Under the pieces are notes generated by a model that worked only from the letters and a program-made list of their open reading frames with translations, made no database searches and was not told the origin of the DNA. Positions 39,340 through 52,317 of a stretch of 64,000 bases of DNA are shown one piece after another (the first letter of the stretch is position 1; every line of letters starts with the position of its first letter). The stretch covers positions 16,988,001-17,052,000 of the forward strand of contig NC_042998.1 in NCBI RefSeq assembly GCF_006345805.1, in the 5' to 3' direction. The position numbers were made by a program, and so were the translations under genes. This DNA comes from Octopus sinensis (Eukaryota).

Positions 39340-39950
39340 CTACAAATTTTCTCGAAATATTTAAATGTAGTAAATGAAATAGTTTCAAATATTTTAAACG
39401 AAAATGATTACAAAATTAATGAAGCAAAAACTGAAGATCCAAGTTAAGAATATAAACAGAAAACATTATTTGAATATAATTTTCCAATAATTAAACGAAA
39501 CTGAATTCGAGTAAATTTACCGGAAAGATGAACGTTCATTGTCAAAAGAAAAATAAACAAGGTTGCAGTTGTCGTCTGCTCGGGAAACCTAAGGAAATAA
39601 ACCGTTGCCAAGTGGTTGTAGTGTTAAGCTTACATACCTAAGCTAGTAAAAATAAAAAAAAAATAGCTCAGTTCTAGAACATTGGTGCCTGTCTATCTGT
39701 CGGTGTCATTCTTTCTCTTTCTCTTTCGCTCCCTTCCCCCTCTCTCTCTCATTTTCCTATGGTAGTGTGGAAGAAGTAGATTTACTCTGTTTTTTTAAAT
39801 ATATATTTAAAAGTGTTTAAATATGCAGAGTATCGTTGTTTAATATAAGTCTTGGTAGTGGGAATAAATCTTCGCCTAGTGGTTATTCTCACTCTCTTTT
39901 AAATATGAAAAACATAGCAACTCTGATCTCTCTTTCAAACCATATACACT

Positions 39951-39987
39951 AGCGCAGGAGTGGCTGTGTGGTAAGTAGCTTGGTTAC
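39951..39987 (+). mobile_element. 5' part of a family-1 SINE head ending in the left TSD
   Basis: AGCGCAGGAGTGGCTGTGTGGT then AAGTAGCTTGGTTAC (39973-39987). Confidence 0.9.
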
Positions 39988-40010
39988 AGGTTGCTTCTGC
40001 GCATGTGCGA

Positions 40011-40050
40011 GTCAGTGTTGTGTTTGGCACTGAAGCGGTGAAGACGTGCT
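40011..40050 (+). promoter_or_regulatory. Candidate internal Pol II promoter: Inr (TCAGT) plus DPE-like AGACGTG
   Basis: TCAGT at 40012-40016 and AGACGTGCT at 40042-40050 (about +29). The same AGACGTGCT lies 4 nt into copy 1 (24979-24987). Confidence 0.4.
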
Positions 40051-40606
40051 TTTGAAGCCGTCTTAAATTGAAAATTTTTGAAGCCCCATTGTAAGGTAAG
40101 ATTCTGTTTTCTGGGTCCAGTGGGAGTTTTTGTTGAAAATTGTTTTTTACAGGCAGGAAGTCCTACTGGATTCAGAATTCTGATTCTGCCGACATGGGGC
40201 AAATATATTTTTCTCGCTGAATTGTGAGAATTTTGGGGGGGCGTATTCGTCTTCGATAATTGAGTGAATATTTTTCTCACCTAATTATGAGAATTGTATT
40301 GTGCTGTGAAGAACTTTAAGAATTGTGAGAACTGTTATATAGGGGAGTGTTTTGCCTCCGAAGTTTGAACAATTTTTACCAATTTTACACCAATTTTTGT
40401 GGAAGTTGTGTTCCAGTTGCGGCGTTCCGGGTTCAATTTAGGCCGGGAGTACCGAATGGCCAGAAGGTTTTTGCTGTGTTATTGACTTTCTTTTTAACTT
40501 TATTTGACTTTCTCCTTTTTTGTTCATTGTGACTTTCTTCTGATTTCTTTTTCTTCTCGCTTTTTAAGTTTTATTTTGAATATATTTTAAAAAAGAAAAA
40601 AAAAAC

Positions 40607-41878
40607 ATGGCAATGAAAAATGACAAAGTTTTGGAATGGGAGATCATACCGCCTAAAAAGTGGTTAAAAGACCGTGAAGATAGGACGGTGGTGTTGAGAA
40701 CCTACTCCAAGTCACTCGACACCATCGCCCTGTTCGAAAAGACAGCAATTGAAAAGGAGTTGGCAGAGTATTTGCCAACAATTAAATTCATTTCCAGGGG
40801 TGTCAAATATGGAACGGTGTGGTTGCTATTTGACACCCCTGAAGAAGCTTGCAAATTTGCTAGTAAACCTCTGGAGGGTAAGGAAATTTTATTCCTGCCC
40901 ACGTACCAAAACAAAGAGACTGACGAAAGCTTGGATTTGCGGGCTGCCACCCGGGATAGAACCCGAGTGGATAGAGGAGACTATCCGCCGGGGTCTGGGT
41001 AGCAGCGAAACTAAGCTCCTTAATGTAAAAGTTCTTCCTGCGGCTGCTTGGGTTGGGTCAAAAGCAATTTTGACCCTTTGGACCCAATCAGCCAATCTGG
41101 TTCTTCCAGATTTTTTGAAAATGCCCGGGTGCAGGTACCCGGTGATGCTTGAGGGTCGCCCCCCTAAGTGTCATCGGTGCTTGGAGTCCGGCTATATAAA
41201 GAAGAACTGTCCCCGGAAACAAAATAGGATCCCGGAACAGTTAAGTGAAACCCCTGTAGAAGAGGGAATTATAACGGCTGAGGAAGCAGAGGACTCCTCA
41301 AACAGAGGCCGAAAGAGGAAGGTGAGCAACAATGGGTGCTCACCAAAGGATACTGGGGATGAGGAGGGAAAGGCGAATCTTCCGGCCACGGAGGAGACGC
41401 ACCCTCCCTCTGTTGAAAAGAAGAAAAAGAAAAAGAGGAAGAGAAACGGGACATTACCGGCTGTCGGTGACATACCACCGGAATGTCCCGGAACTACGTC
41501 GGTTGGGGTTGTGCCACCGACAGGAGAAGAAATACCGTTGGCGGGAACTGTGCTGCCAACGAAATAATTGAATATCCCGCACCCGAGCAAAACGAGGTAT
41601 TGATCCTCTTCCATAGAGGCGGAGAGATTGAAAAGGTGATGGAAAAGCACCACAAGGGAGCACCTTTAGCCTTCACACAGGACCCCGAATGGCCTCCGCA
41701 GGTAGCTGTGGAGGCCGTGGCGTTCGACGTGACGCTTGGACTGAAGGAGCTCAATGAGGATTATAGCTTGGAACTCGATTACGTTCTGAGGGAGGCGTTT
41801 TGGATGGTGGAGGATGCGGGAACAAGTTATTTCGAGGACGAGTCAAATTGTGATACAACTAGAGGGACCCCGACCTAG
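40607..41878 (+). pseudogene. Gag/ORF1-like zinc-knuckle ORF with two frameshifts
   Basis: Three overlapping ORF pieces (40607-, 40749-, 41483-) join into a homologue of 25528-26730. There is an apparent 1-nt insertion at about 40910 and a second shift near 41550-41570. Knuckle: EGRPPKCHRCLESGYIKKNCP (H replaced by Y). Confidence 0.85.
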
Positions 41879-42209
41879 AGCTGGCGCATTCCTAAGGGAG
41901 GTGTAAGCCAGGTCTGGGAGGAGGGGGATTTGTGTATTGTATTTATATATGTAATTATTGAACTATGTTGTTATTAGTAATGGACTGCTAAGTCCAAAAA
42001 TTGAAAAAATTGTAAGAGGCTTAATACCTCGTTTTGTGTTTGTTTTTAAAAGAACAATATTTTAGAGAAGCAGAAGTCGGCGGGCACTTTTTGTCTTCTC
42101 CCATCCCCATCATCTTTCTTTCATTATCATTCAGTTCATTAATGTCCTCGTCTAGCCCGCAAAGCTAACTTACTCTATGTACTGCCTTTATGGCAAATGT
42201 TATGAAATA

Positions 42210-42591
42210 AAGTAGCTTGTTTACCAACCACATGGTTCCGGGTTCAGTCCCACTGCGTGGCACCTTGGGAAAGTGTCTTCTACTATAGCCTCGGGCCGAC
42301 CAAAGCCTTGTCAGTGGATTTGGTAGACGGAAACTGAAAGAAGTCCGTCGTATATATGTATATATATATATATATGCGTGTGTGTGTTTGTGTGTCTGTG
42401 TTTCTCCGCCTAGCATTGCTTGACAACCGATGCTGATGTGTTTATATCCCCGTCACTTAGCGGTTCGGCAAAAGAGCCCGATAGAATAAGTACTGGGCTT
42501 ACAAACGAATAAGGCCCGGGGTCGAGTTGCTCGATTAAAGGCGGTGCTCCAGCATGGCCTCAGTCAAATGACTGAAACAAGTGAAAGAGTA
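42210..42591 (+). mobile_element. Remainder of the host family-1 SINE
   Basis: AAGTAGCTTGTTTACCAACCACATGGTTCCGGGTTCAGTCCC...GACTGAAACAAGTGAAAGAG. Confidence 0.9.
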
Positions 42592-45487
42592 CCTTAGGAG
42601 AATGAATATACCACAGCATAGCTTGGTTCATCATTGACTCAAATCCTCCACAGCAACGCCTGTATGCACTTGTTGGCTGTGTTTCATGGAATATTTACAA
42701 ATCCTGTTTATGTCCCTGCACAGTTATTAAACCAGAAACATGAAGTCCTCTCTGAGTGTGTCACCAAATTGTTTTCGTCATTCAACTTTTACCAGGGGTC
42801 TAATTGTAATTACGAACGAGAATTCACCTTCATTAGCTTTAATATAATGGGCATTTATTTCTAACATCACTATAACCACGTGAGCCCTAACTCTCCTCTC
42901 ACTTCAAGAAGTATCAAATTTTCTTTAGCTTTAGATCTTTATTATCTTTTACAACCGTTTATTACCATTACAGTCTTTTCCTCTTAATTTTGCCAACTAT
43001 GGGCAGCCTTGGTGGTCACCTAAAAGATGACACTATCTGACATTTTATACTCTTCATCCCTTTCTCTAGCCCAACCCATTCCGATATGCCACCCCCATTA
43101 TACTAACTAGTATATATCTACTTTACATCCACTTCTCAGTTTGTTCTCCACACTGTAGTATAATATTCCTAGTCAAACTTCATTCAATCTCGATTCAAAA
43201 GTGGAACTGGTAACTTCCTCTATTCCTTACCTTGGATTATCATTGAATATCATCAGCCGCTGCTGATGGGTATTACCTATGATTTTATTGTTCATTACGT
43301 CATGGGACTACGTAGGGGTTACCTATTTTAATATGACCCTTCCCCCATTTATAACAAGCTGGTGCGTACTAATATCCTCGACAGAGGATAGTCCCTCATT
43401 TTCACAGCTCTCTGATTTCTTCCGCTCTGTTGACAGTATACAGATCAGTAGACGTTGACTTAAATCGCGTATTTCGAGTATTTGCATGGAATACAGTATA
43501 AGGAATAAAGAAAAAACGTTATATGAAGCCTTTACATAACTTATTGTTTACTTTGTCCTGGAATCTCAACATTCCATTCCATGTAAGTACTTTAAGCGTA
43601 CTTGAGCTCATCTGCTTTTCTATATAATATTACGGCAAGTATCGTTCTTATGGCCAGCATTTCATGTCGGAGTGCTTGCCGTGGCTGAAGAGACTGGAGT
43701 TTAAGTTCTCATCCAATTGTGCATTACTTTATGATATCTATACCGAACTTACTTTTTCTGCATCTTGGCTGCGTTCATATATATATTTACATTGGATATT
43801 TCTAAAAGTATTTGTGTGTAATGTGCGAACGTTCGTGTGTGCCTGTATGTGGTTGTGTATGCGTGTGTGAGAGTGAAAGAGAAAGAGAGAGAGAGAGAGA
43901 AAGTGAGAGAGTATGTGTATGTATAATAATTAGGAGGAGTGAGAAATATGTCTACAGATGGACATATATTACCAATAAATGTTCGTAAGTTAAAAATATA
44001 AATGATAACGTTCTTGAGGTCGCTATCTTATTATTAGCGTCATCTCAAAAATACTTGATCAAATAGAGTAAAATATAAAGCAAAAGTGAAAATATAAAGA
44101 CCCTGTTAGGAAATGTTAATAGGGAAACTTAATTGATTGCCATCATTTCTTTATTGCAGTTCTTTTATTTGGTCTGACTCTTACTTCCTGAACAGTGTCG
44201 ACGTGTCTCCGATGAGACCGCTAATTATGTTGTATGTATTGGAGGGAAGTAAATACTGTTGAAGTTGGATTGCATAATATTCACATATCTCTATATGTGT
44301 CTGCTTGCAGTAAGTCCATAATAATGTCAGAACTGTCTCATGAATTACATTATGAATAATTTAAGCTTGTCGATAATCGCTTATGCAGCGCAGCACGAAA
44401 CTTTCTAACATAAGAGTATTTATATGACGCTGTAGGATACATAATAAGTTGATTTGTTCCCATTTGACATTTTCCAGATAAAACTTCTAAAGCATTTACA
44501 TAAAAATACACGCAGACATTTATATATGTTTAACAATAGCAATCGCCTCTTCCAATCTTATTTATTTAGAGATACATCTATTTAGATATTATACATCATT
44601 GAATATAACGATTTCATTCTACACATTACGTGCATATATAGTTGCTTCTATCCTCCAGAAAATATCATGATTAATGTTTTGGCTGTTATTTATAAGCACC
44701 GGTGTGTTTTCGTTACAAAAAGCAACAGAATGTGAATATTCAAAATGTATTAATTAAAAACGTGTTTGTTTTCTTTGGCATAATTCTGATAGTATTACGC
44801 TCCGGCATTAACCTTATTTATTCTGTAGTGTAATACCACCGCTCATGTAATTTCATACATTCAGTATAGACACTAAATTATATTTAGCTGTGGACTGAGA
44901 TTTATAAGCCTGAGGTTTATTTAATTAATAATATATTGCCTCAGCATTTCTTGACTATCTTTTATGTATTTTTTAAATTGCAATCTTTTCGTTCGTGTTG
45001 GTATCCTATATGACATAAATATACCAAATATAATGGAAGTATTTGGAAGTTGAGTAATTTAAGAAATGTATATATAGTCCGTCTCCTCTTCGGCCCTAAG
45101 GCTATATTTTGTAAATTTATTTCAGTTTGCTTCGTTTGATCACAGCCGTCTTCGTCTCCGTCCTCATCCGTCCACTAATTTGAATCATATTTATAGCACA
45201 TTTGTATGTAAACATTCTATATCGCATAGTTGTTTATTTCTCGTCTGTCGGTTCATTTTCTGACCTGATTTAAAAAAAATTGGCACGCTAATTTCCGTCG
45301 GTTGCAACTAGATAGGTATTCAATATTACCGTTAAGGCGCGAAATTGCGTTTGACACTCTGATTGATAATTGAGGAAAGGTTGGCTACCATCTGTGTCTG
45401 TTTTCAGTTTGTGCATTTATTATATGTTTGACTAATTATTTAATGCGAACGCTACGCTCTACCATATTTTTTTGTTATTTTTGATAA

Positions 45488-45582
<95 letters not shown>

Positions 45583-46649
45583 TCTGTGTGTGTGTTTATG
45601 TGTGATCAGTGATATTCTGATGTCTCTGTTAAATCGTTTGCGTTTCATTTAAAGCTTTTCAATTTCCATATTGAAAATGTTATAGGATATGTTATATGAA
45701 AATTTTCACTGGATGTGCAAGTACTTTGAGAGAGTTTTCGGCCGATCACAAGTGATTTTGTATGAAGATTTTGTATGAAGATTTTTTTTACAGATGGAAG
45801 GGAGATAAGCAGAGTATTTTATCAAACTGAAAAAGCAAAGTAAAGTTTCTTTAATGCTAATTCAAAAGATTTTGATCTAAACAATTTCTTCAGCTGCTCA
45901 CTAAGGTGAAAATGGGAGCAGGTTTGAAAATTTCTTGAGCGAAGCAGATTTTCCTTTATCCTGTCAGTATGACGAATCAACGATAAAATGAAATATTTGA
46001 CACGAAATGGAACTGTGAATCAATTGTATATTGAACATGTCTGTGAAATATACAAATTGTGAGGGAAACAATTATCAACTTGACGAGAACAGATAAGATC
46101 AAAGACCAGACGCAGTGACGACATCACTTGAAATATGAAACAAAGTACACAAAACGAAAGTAGATATACATATATATAAAGAACATCTATAAGAAATTAC
46201 TAGAAAATACGTTCAACAGCGGACATTGTTAGCTAATGAATACTAATATGGTTGTTGAACTTCATGTAATGAAAGGATTCTAGCTGAAATCGCATTTGCT
46301 ACAACCAAATGATACACATACCGTAAATATCAGATTTGAAATAGTGGCGCGAATATTTTGTAAAGTAAGGCCTATAATGTAAGGAAACAATGAGGAATGT
46401 GCAAGGGCGGAATGTTCCACATCATTATATTCAAAGCAAAATTGATAAAACAATATATGATCTCAAATTCCGCATAATTCGATAACTTTACTGTCAGTGA
46501 TATTAATATATTTTAAGTGATTTTGTATTGTTTCTCTTCCTTTAAAAAATGCTTTGACTGTCCATACAAAATATTTACCAACTTGTTTTTTTTTTGCTTC
46601 TTTTTCTGTTCAGCTTCGTGTCAGTTCATAAAAATGTAAATTATATTTT

Positions 46650-46875
46650 CGAGCTGGCGGACACGTTAGCGCGCCGGGCGAAATGCTTAGTGGTATTTCG
46701 TCTGTCGTTATATTCTGGGTTCAAATTCCACCGAGGTCGACTTTGCCTTTCATCCTTTCGGGGTCGATAAATTAAGTACCAGTTGCGCACTGGGGTCGAT
46801 GTAATCAACTTAATCCGTTTGTCTATCCTTGTTTGTCCCCTCCATGTTTAGGTCCTTGTGGGCAATAAAGAAATA
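46650..46875 (+). mobile_element. GGCGGCGAGCTG-family SINE (first bases missing)
   Basis: CGAGCTGGCGGACACGTTAGCG...GCCTTTCATCCTTTCGGGGTCGATAAA...GGCAATAAAGAAATA. Confidence 0.85.
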
Positions 46876-47431
46876 TATAATTTCATTGTATATTATTTAC
46901 ATCACCTTAGTAGGTAATGCGCTAGATATACTGTGAACACAAGTAAATCTTAGAAGAAACATACGATATAGAATAATATGTAATAATTAATAAATTTAAA
47001 TTATGTTTTACCCAAATTCACAATATATTGAATTTGTATATTTAACAAATAAATAATGAATAAACAATATAACCAGCCATATTTATATTGTCGACGAAAG
47101 AAATCATACTTTTAGATCAACAAACATCAGATATAAATGCTTAAACACACGTTACTGATTTTATATAAAAGTTATCTCAGTAAAAGATTTGTATATTGCT
47201 ATTTGTTCAAGACCAATATCCATCTACTAAACAGCAATGTTGAAATGTTTTATTTTGGCTGCAAGCATGATGTTTGTTACGCAGGTGAAACGTTTATGTT
47301 TGTGTAAATGAGATTTTGAGAAATCTTCCAATGATAACTTATCCACAAACGAGCTTAGCAATTTCACTGTCGTGGCGTTTCTTAGAGTCTAACGTAGAAG
47401 TTTCCTTAGCTAAATCTTAACTTTAAGAGGC

Positions 47432-47702
<271 letters not shown>

Positions 47703-47738
47703 AATAATAATAATAATAATAATAATTATAATAATAAT

Positions 47739-47791
<53 letters not shown>

Positions 47792-47872
47792 TAATTTCAG
47801 CGTGGAAGGTGTTTGTAAGCCATTTAAGAAACACACAAAAGCCGTTCGATTCACTTCAACATTTAAGTTTAA

Positions 47873-47922
47873 TTTGTCAAAATATTTTCGTCGCTAAAAT
47901 CCGCGACCTGTTCACTGACAAA
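47873..47922 (-). ncRNA. Minimal hammerhead-like motif with G3:C8 core swap (copy 1)
   Basis: Minus strand: uuuguca GUGAACA g gucgc-ggauuuua-gcgac GAAAAUAUUU|ugacaaa. Confidence 0.55.
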
Positions 47923-47955
47923 AATCAGTGATATGCGAGTACATCTCCGTAATAA

Positions 47956-48020
<65 letters not shown>

Positions 48021-48586
48021 CAATAAATAAATGCTCTGATGCAGTACCAAGCAATGGCTCACATCGTTTCTGATCTTAAGTGATTTGAAGTGTTATCATG
48101 TACATTGTTTTGTCTTGGTATAAAAGATGGGCTACAGCAAATATTCTGCTCAATACCACAGATTTGCTTGTCAGTTGTGTGACCTTAAACAGTTGACCAT
48201 CTCCCTTAGTGGCTGAAGATATGCGCATGTCTCATCACGAGCAGAAGTGGTGGGGGAGCATCATAGCTGTGTGTTGAAAGGAATTCTTGGAGGTTTGGAT
48301 AATTCACCTTTGGAGACATGGGTGATTCGTTCAACAACCTAAAACTATCCTTATTCAGGGACCTTTTGAGCGGAATGAGCTACTCGACTAGAAGAAAATT
48401 CTAACTGTGCCCCACCTGCAAGGTCATGCGCTGTTTATCTTGGTATATGATCACCTTGTCGCGCACATATGGTTGTGATGCATGTGCCTGGTGTACCCTT
48501 ATCAGACGGGTAGTCATGATGGGTATACTGGGCTTCGTATATTTTACCCCAGTGTCACTTTGATGGCATGCTCTGCTCGCTCACTC

Positions 48587-48622
<36 letters not shown>

Positions 48623-48623
48623 A

Positions 48624-48717
<94 letters not shown>

Positions 48718-48798
48718 TAATTTCAGCGTGGAAGGTGTTTGTAAGCCACTTAAGAAACACACAAAAGCCGTTCGATTCACTTCAACATTTAAGTTTAA

Positions 48799-48848
48799 TT
48801 TGTCAAAATATTTTCGTCGCTAAAATCCGCGACCTGTTCACTGACAAA
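48799..48848 (-). ncRNA. Minimal hammerhead-like motif with G3:C8 core swap (copy 2)
   Basis: Identical to 47873-47922. Confidence 0.55.
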
Positions 48849-48881
48849 AATCCGTGCTATGCGAGTACATCTCCGTAATAA

Positions 48882-48934
<53 letters not shown>

Positions 48935-49500
48935 CAATAAATAAATGCCCTGATGCAGTACCAAGCAATGGCTCACATCGTTTCTGATCTTAAGTGATTT
49001 GAAGTGTTATCATGTACATTGTTTTGTCTTGGTATAAAAGATGGGCTACAGCAAATATTCTGCTCAATACCACAGATTTGCTTGTCAGTTGTGTGACCTT
49101 AAACAGTTGACCATCTCCCTTAGTGGCTGAAGATATGCGCATGTCTCATCACGAGCAGAAGTGGTGGGGGAGCATCATAGCTGTGTGTTGAAAGGAATTC
49201 TTGGAGGTTTGGATAATTCACCTTTGGAGACATGGGTGATTCGTTCAACAACCTAAAACTATCCTTATTCAGGGACCTTTTGAGCGGAATGAGCTACTCG
49301 ACTAGAAGAAAATTCTAACTGTGCCCCACCTGCAAGTTCATGCGCTGTTTATCTTGGTATGTGATCACCTTGTCGCGCACATATGGTTGTGATGCATGTG
49401 CCTGGTGTACCCTTATCAGACGGGTAGTCATGATGGGTATACTGGGCTTCGTATATTTTACCCCAGTGTCACTTTGATGGCATGCTCTGCTCGCTCACTC

Positions 49501-49611
<111 letters not shown>

Positions 49612-49638
49612 AATAATAATAATAATAATAATAATAAT

Positions 49639-49685
<47 letters not shown>

Positions 49686-49766
49686 TAATTTCAGCGTGGA
49701 AGGTGTTTGTAAGCCACTTAAGAAACACACAAAAGCCGTTCGATTCACTTCAACATTTAAGTTTAA

Positions 49767-49816
49767 TTTGTCAAAATATTTTTGTCGCTAAAATCCGCGA
49801 CCTGTTCACTGACAAA
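49767..49816 (-). ncRNA. Hammerhead-like motif (copy 3) with G12 changed to A, predicted inactive
   Basis: C>T at 49783 on the plus strand turns GAAA into AAAA. Confidence 0.45.
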
Positions 49817-49849
49817 AATCCGTGCTATGCGAGTACATCTCCGTAATAA

Positions 49850-49880
<31 letters not shown>

Positions 49881-50474
49881 AATAATTATAATAATAATAA
49901 TAATAAATCAATAAATAAATGCCCTGATGCAGTACCAAGCAATGGCTCACTTCGTTTCTGATCTTAAGTGATTTGAAGTGTTATCATGTACATTGTTTTG
50001 TCTTGGTATAAAAGATGGGCTATAGCAAATATTCTGCTCAATACCACAGATTTGCTTGTCAGTTGTGTGACCTTAAACAGTTGACCATCTCCCTTAGTGG
50101 CTGAAGATATGCGCATGTCTCATCACGAGCAGAAGTGGCTGGGGAGCATCATAGCTGTGTGTTGAAAGGAATTCTTGGAGGTTTGGATAATTCACCTTTG
50201 GAGACATGGGTGATTCGTTCAACAACCTAAAACTATCCTTATTCAGGGACCTTTTGAGCGGAATGAGCTACTCGACTAGAAGAAAATTCTAACTGTGCCC
50301 CACCTGCAAGGTCATGCGCTGTTTATCTTGGTATATGATCACCTTGTCGCGCACATATGGTTGTGATGCATGTGCCTGATGTACTCTTATCACACGGGTA
50401 GTCATGATGGGTATACTGGGCTTCGTATATTTTACCCCAGTGTCACTTTGATGGCATGCACTGCTCTCTCACTC

Positions 50475-50511
<37 letters not shown>

Positions 50512-50529
50512 TTAATAATAATAATAATA

Positions 50530-52174
50530 TTACTTACAACTTAACTTAACAGAACAGAGTATGGATATAAAATTGGTGACAAGAAAATAAGTCAAGTATT
50601 TTATATGGCTGACTTAAAACTCTGTGGCAAAGATGATAATAAGTTTGAAGCACAACTACGTACTGTGAAAGCATTCAGTGAGGGCATTGGGATGGCATTT
50701 GGTCTTGATAAATGTGCCAAGGCTACTTTCCAGGAAAAGAAACTGATGACCTCACATTCAATGGAGTTAGGTGTCAGTCATAACTCGACCTAAAAAAACC
50801 TTACAAATACCTGAGAATAAATGAGGCCTCTGGCATTCAGCATGCAATTATGAAAGAGAATATCAGGAAAGAGTGTTACAGGAGATAAATTACTTAGCAC
50901 TTCCGGTTGTTATTTACAGTTTCAATGTGCTGTACTGGAATATGAGCGAAGTAAGTATGATTGACACAAAAGTCCGTAATTTGCTGTCTTGCAAATAAAA
51001 TGCACCACCCAAAGGCAGACACAGATCGTCTTTACCTACCCATGACTCAAGGAGGTCGAGGCTTGATCCAATTTGAAGTCTACACAACCATCACAATTTC
51101 ACTGGCAAAATATTCTGAAACATCTAACCGCTCGATGCTAAAGCTCGTTGAAAATCATGAAAGACGTAAGAAGCTGCATTCTGTTATGAAGGAAGGCAAA
51201 ATATTTTCAATACTCGGGTTGAACAGAATGATGGAAGTGCAGCAACTGTTATTGCAAAGAATTTGAAATAGCGAAGCAAAATGCGTTTGAATAATTGCCT
51301 GATATGTTGGAACAAAAACCTCAGTATGGCAAATATGTGGCCCATCGCAAATATGGTGATGTACACCAGAAGCATAGCTATAAGTAGATGCGATGAAATA
51401 CTCTGTAGACCCACAATGCCCACACAGTAACGATATTATATAAACAGTAGACCACCTAATCTCTGGATGTAAGTTTTTAGCACTTGTAGAGTACAATTCA
51501 AGACATGACAGAGTTGGTCAATATCTATACTGGATAATGTGTCGGCATTATAGAATCAAATCCGCTGACAAATTGTACAAACACCTCACTGAGGCTGTAA
51601 CTTAGGGAGAAATTGTGACAATCCTTTGGAAAGTCCCAGTATATACAGACCGGACCATAAAAGCAAACAAACCAGATATTGTTGTGAAAGACCAAAACAA
51701 AAACGTCTGTTTATTGATTGACATGAGCATACCCTGTGACTACAATATCTCGGCAAAAGAATTTGATGAGCTCAGAAAATATAAAGATTTGCTCATTGAA
51801 ATCGAAAAGATGTGACATGTCAAGACGGTTAAAATACCAGTGATTGTAGGAGCACTTGGAATGACCAAAAACGGAACTGAAAATTGTTTAAGAATTATTC
51901 CTGGTTTACCGTCCATACAAGAATTGCAAAAGATTGTCTTAAATGGTACGTCACACATACATGGTCGGAGTGAATTTTCTTTTCCTTCTTCCCCTTTATT
52001 TTCCGTTTACTTTTTATTTTCTCTCTGTCTTTCTTCCTCTTTTTGTCTCACACATGACTTTGTAAATGGACAATTTGCTGTATTTATTTCAATGGCCTAC
52101 AAATGTATACAGCGCGTTTCTCTGCTCTTGGTGTCAGGAAGACACTCGGCAAGAAATGGTATCAGAACTGAAAG
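50530..52174 (+). mobile_element. 5'-truncated, decayed R4/Dong-like element (relative of 52318-57203)
   Basis: FYMADLKLCG (decayed YMDD), MHHPKADTDRLYLP, KANKPDIVVKDQNKNVCLLIDMSIPCD. Many frameshifts. (AAT)n on both sides. Confidence 0.88.
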
Positions 52175-52219
52175 ATAATGATAATAATAATAAAAATGAT
52201 AAAAATAATAATAAAAATG

Positions 52220-52311
<92 letters not shown>

Positions 52312-52317
52312 TAATAA

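Larger units (their letters stand above)
39988..42209 (+). mobile_element. ORF1-only non-LTR-like element inserted in the SINE tRNA head (copy 2)
   Basis: TSD AAGTAGCTTGGTTAC / AAGTAGCTTGTTTAC (14/15). The 3' end ...GGCAAATGTTATGAAATAA is essentially the same as copy 1, but the 5' UTR differs. Confidence 0.85.

Noticed and set aside
43753-44220. Candidate micro-exons on the minus strand (43753-43778, ATG...|GTAAGT; 44185-44220, AG|36 nt|GTAAGA)
   Set aside because: Splice-like motifs of this size arise by chance in AT-rich DNA, and there is no recognisable peptide or supporting exon chain.
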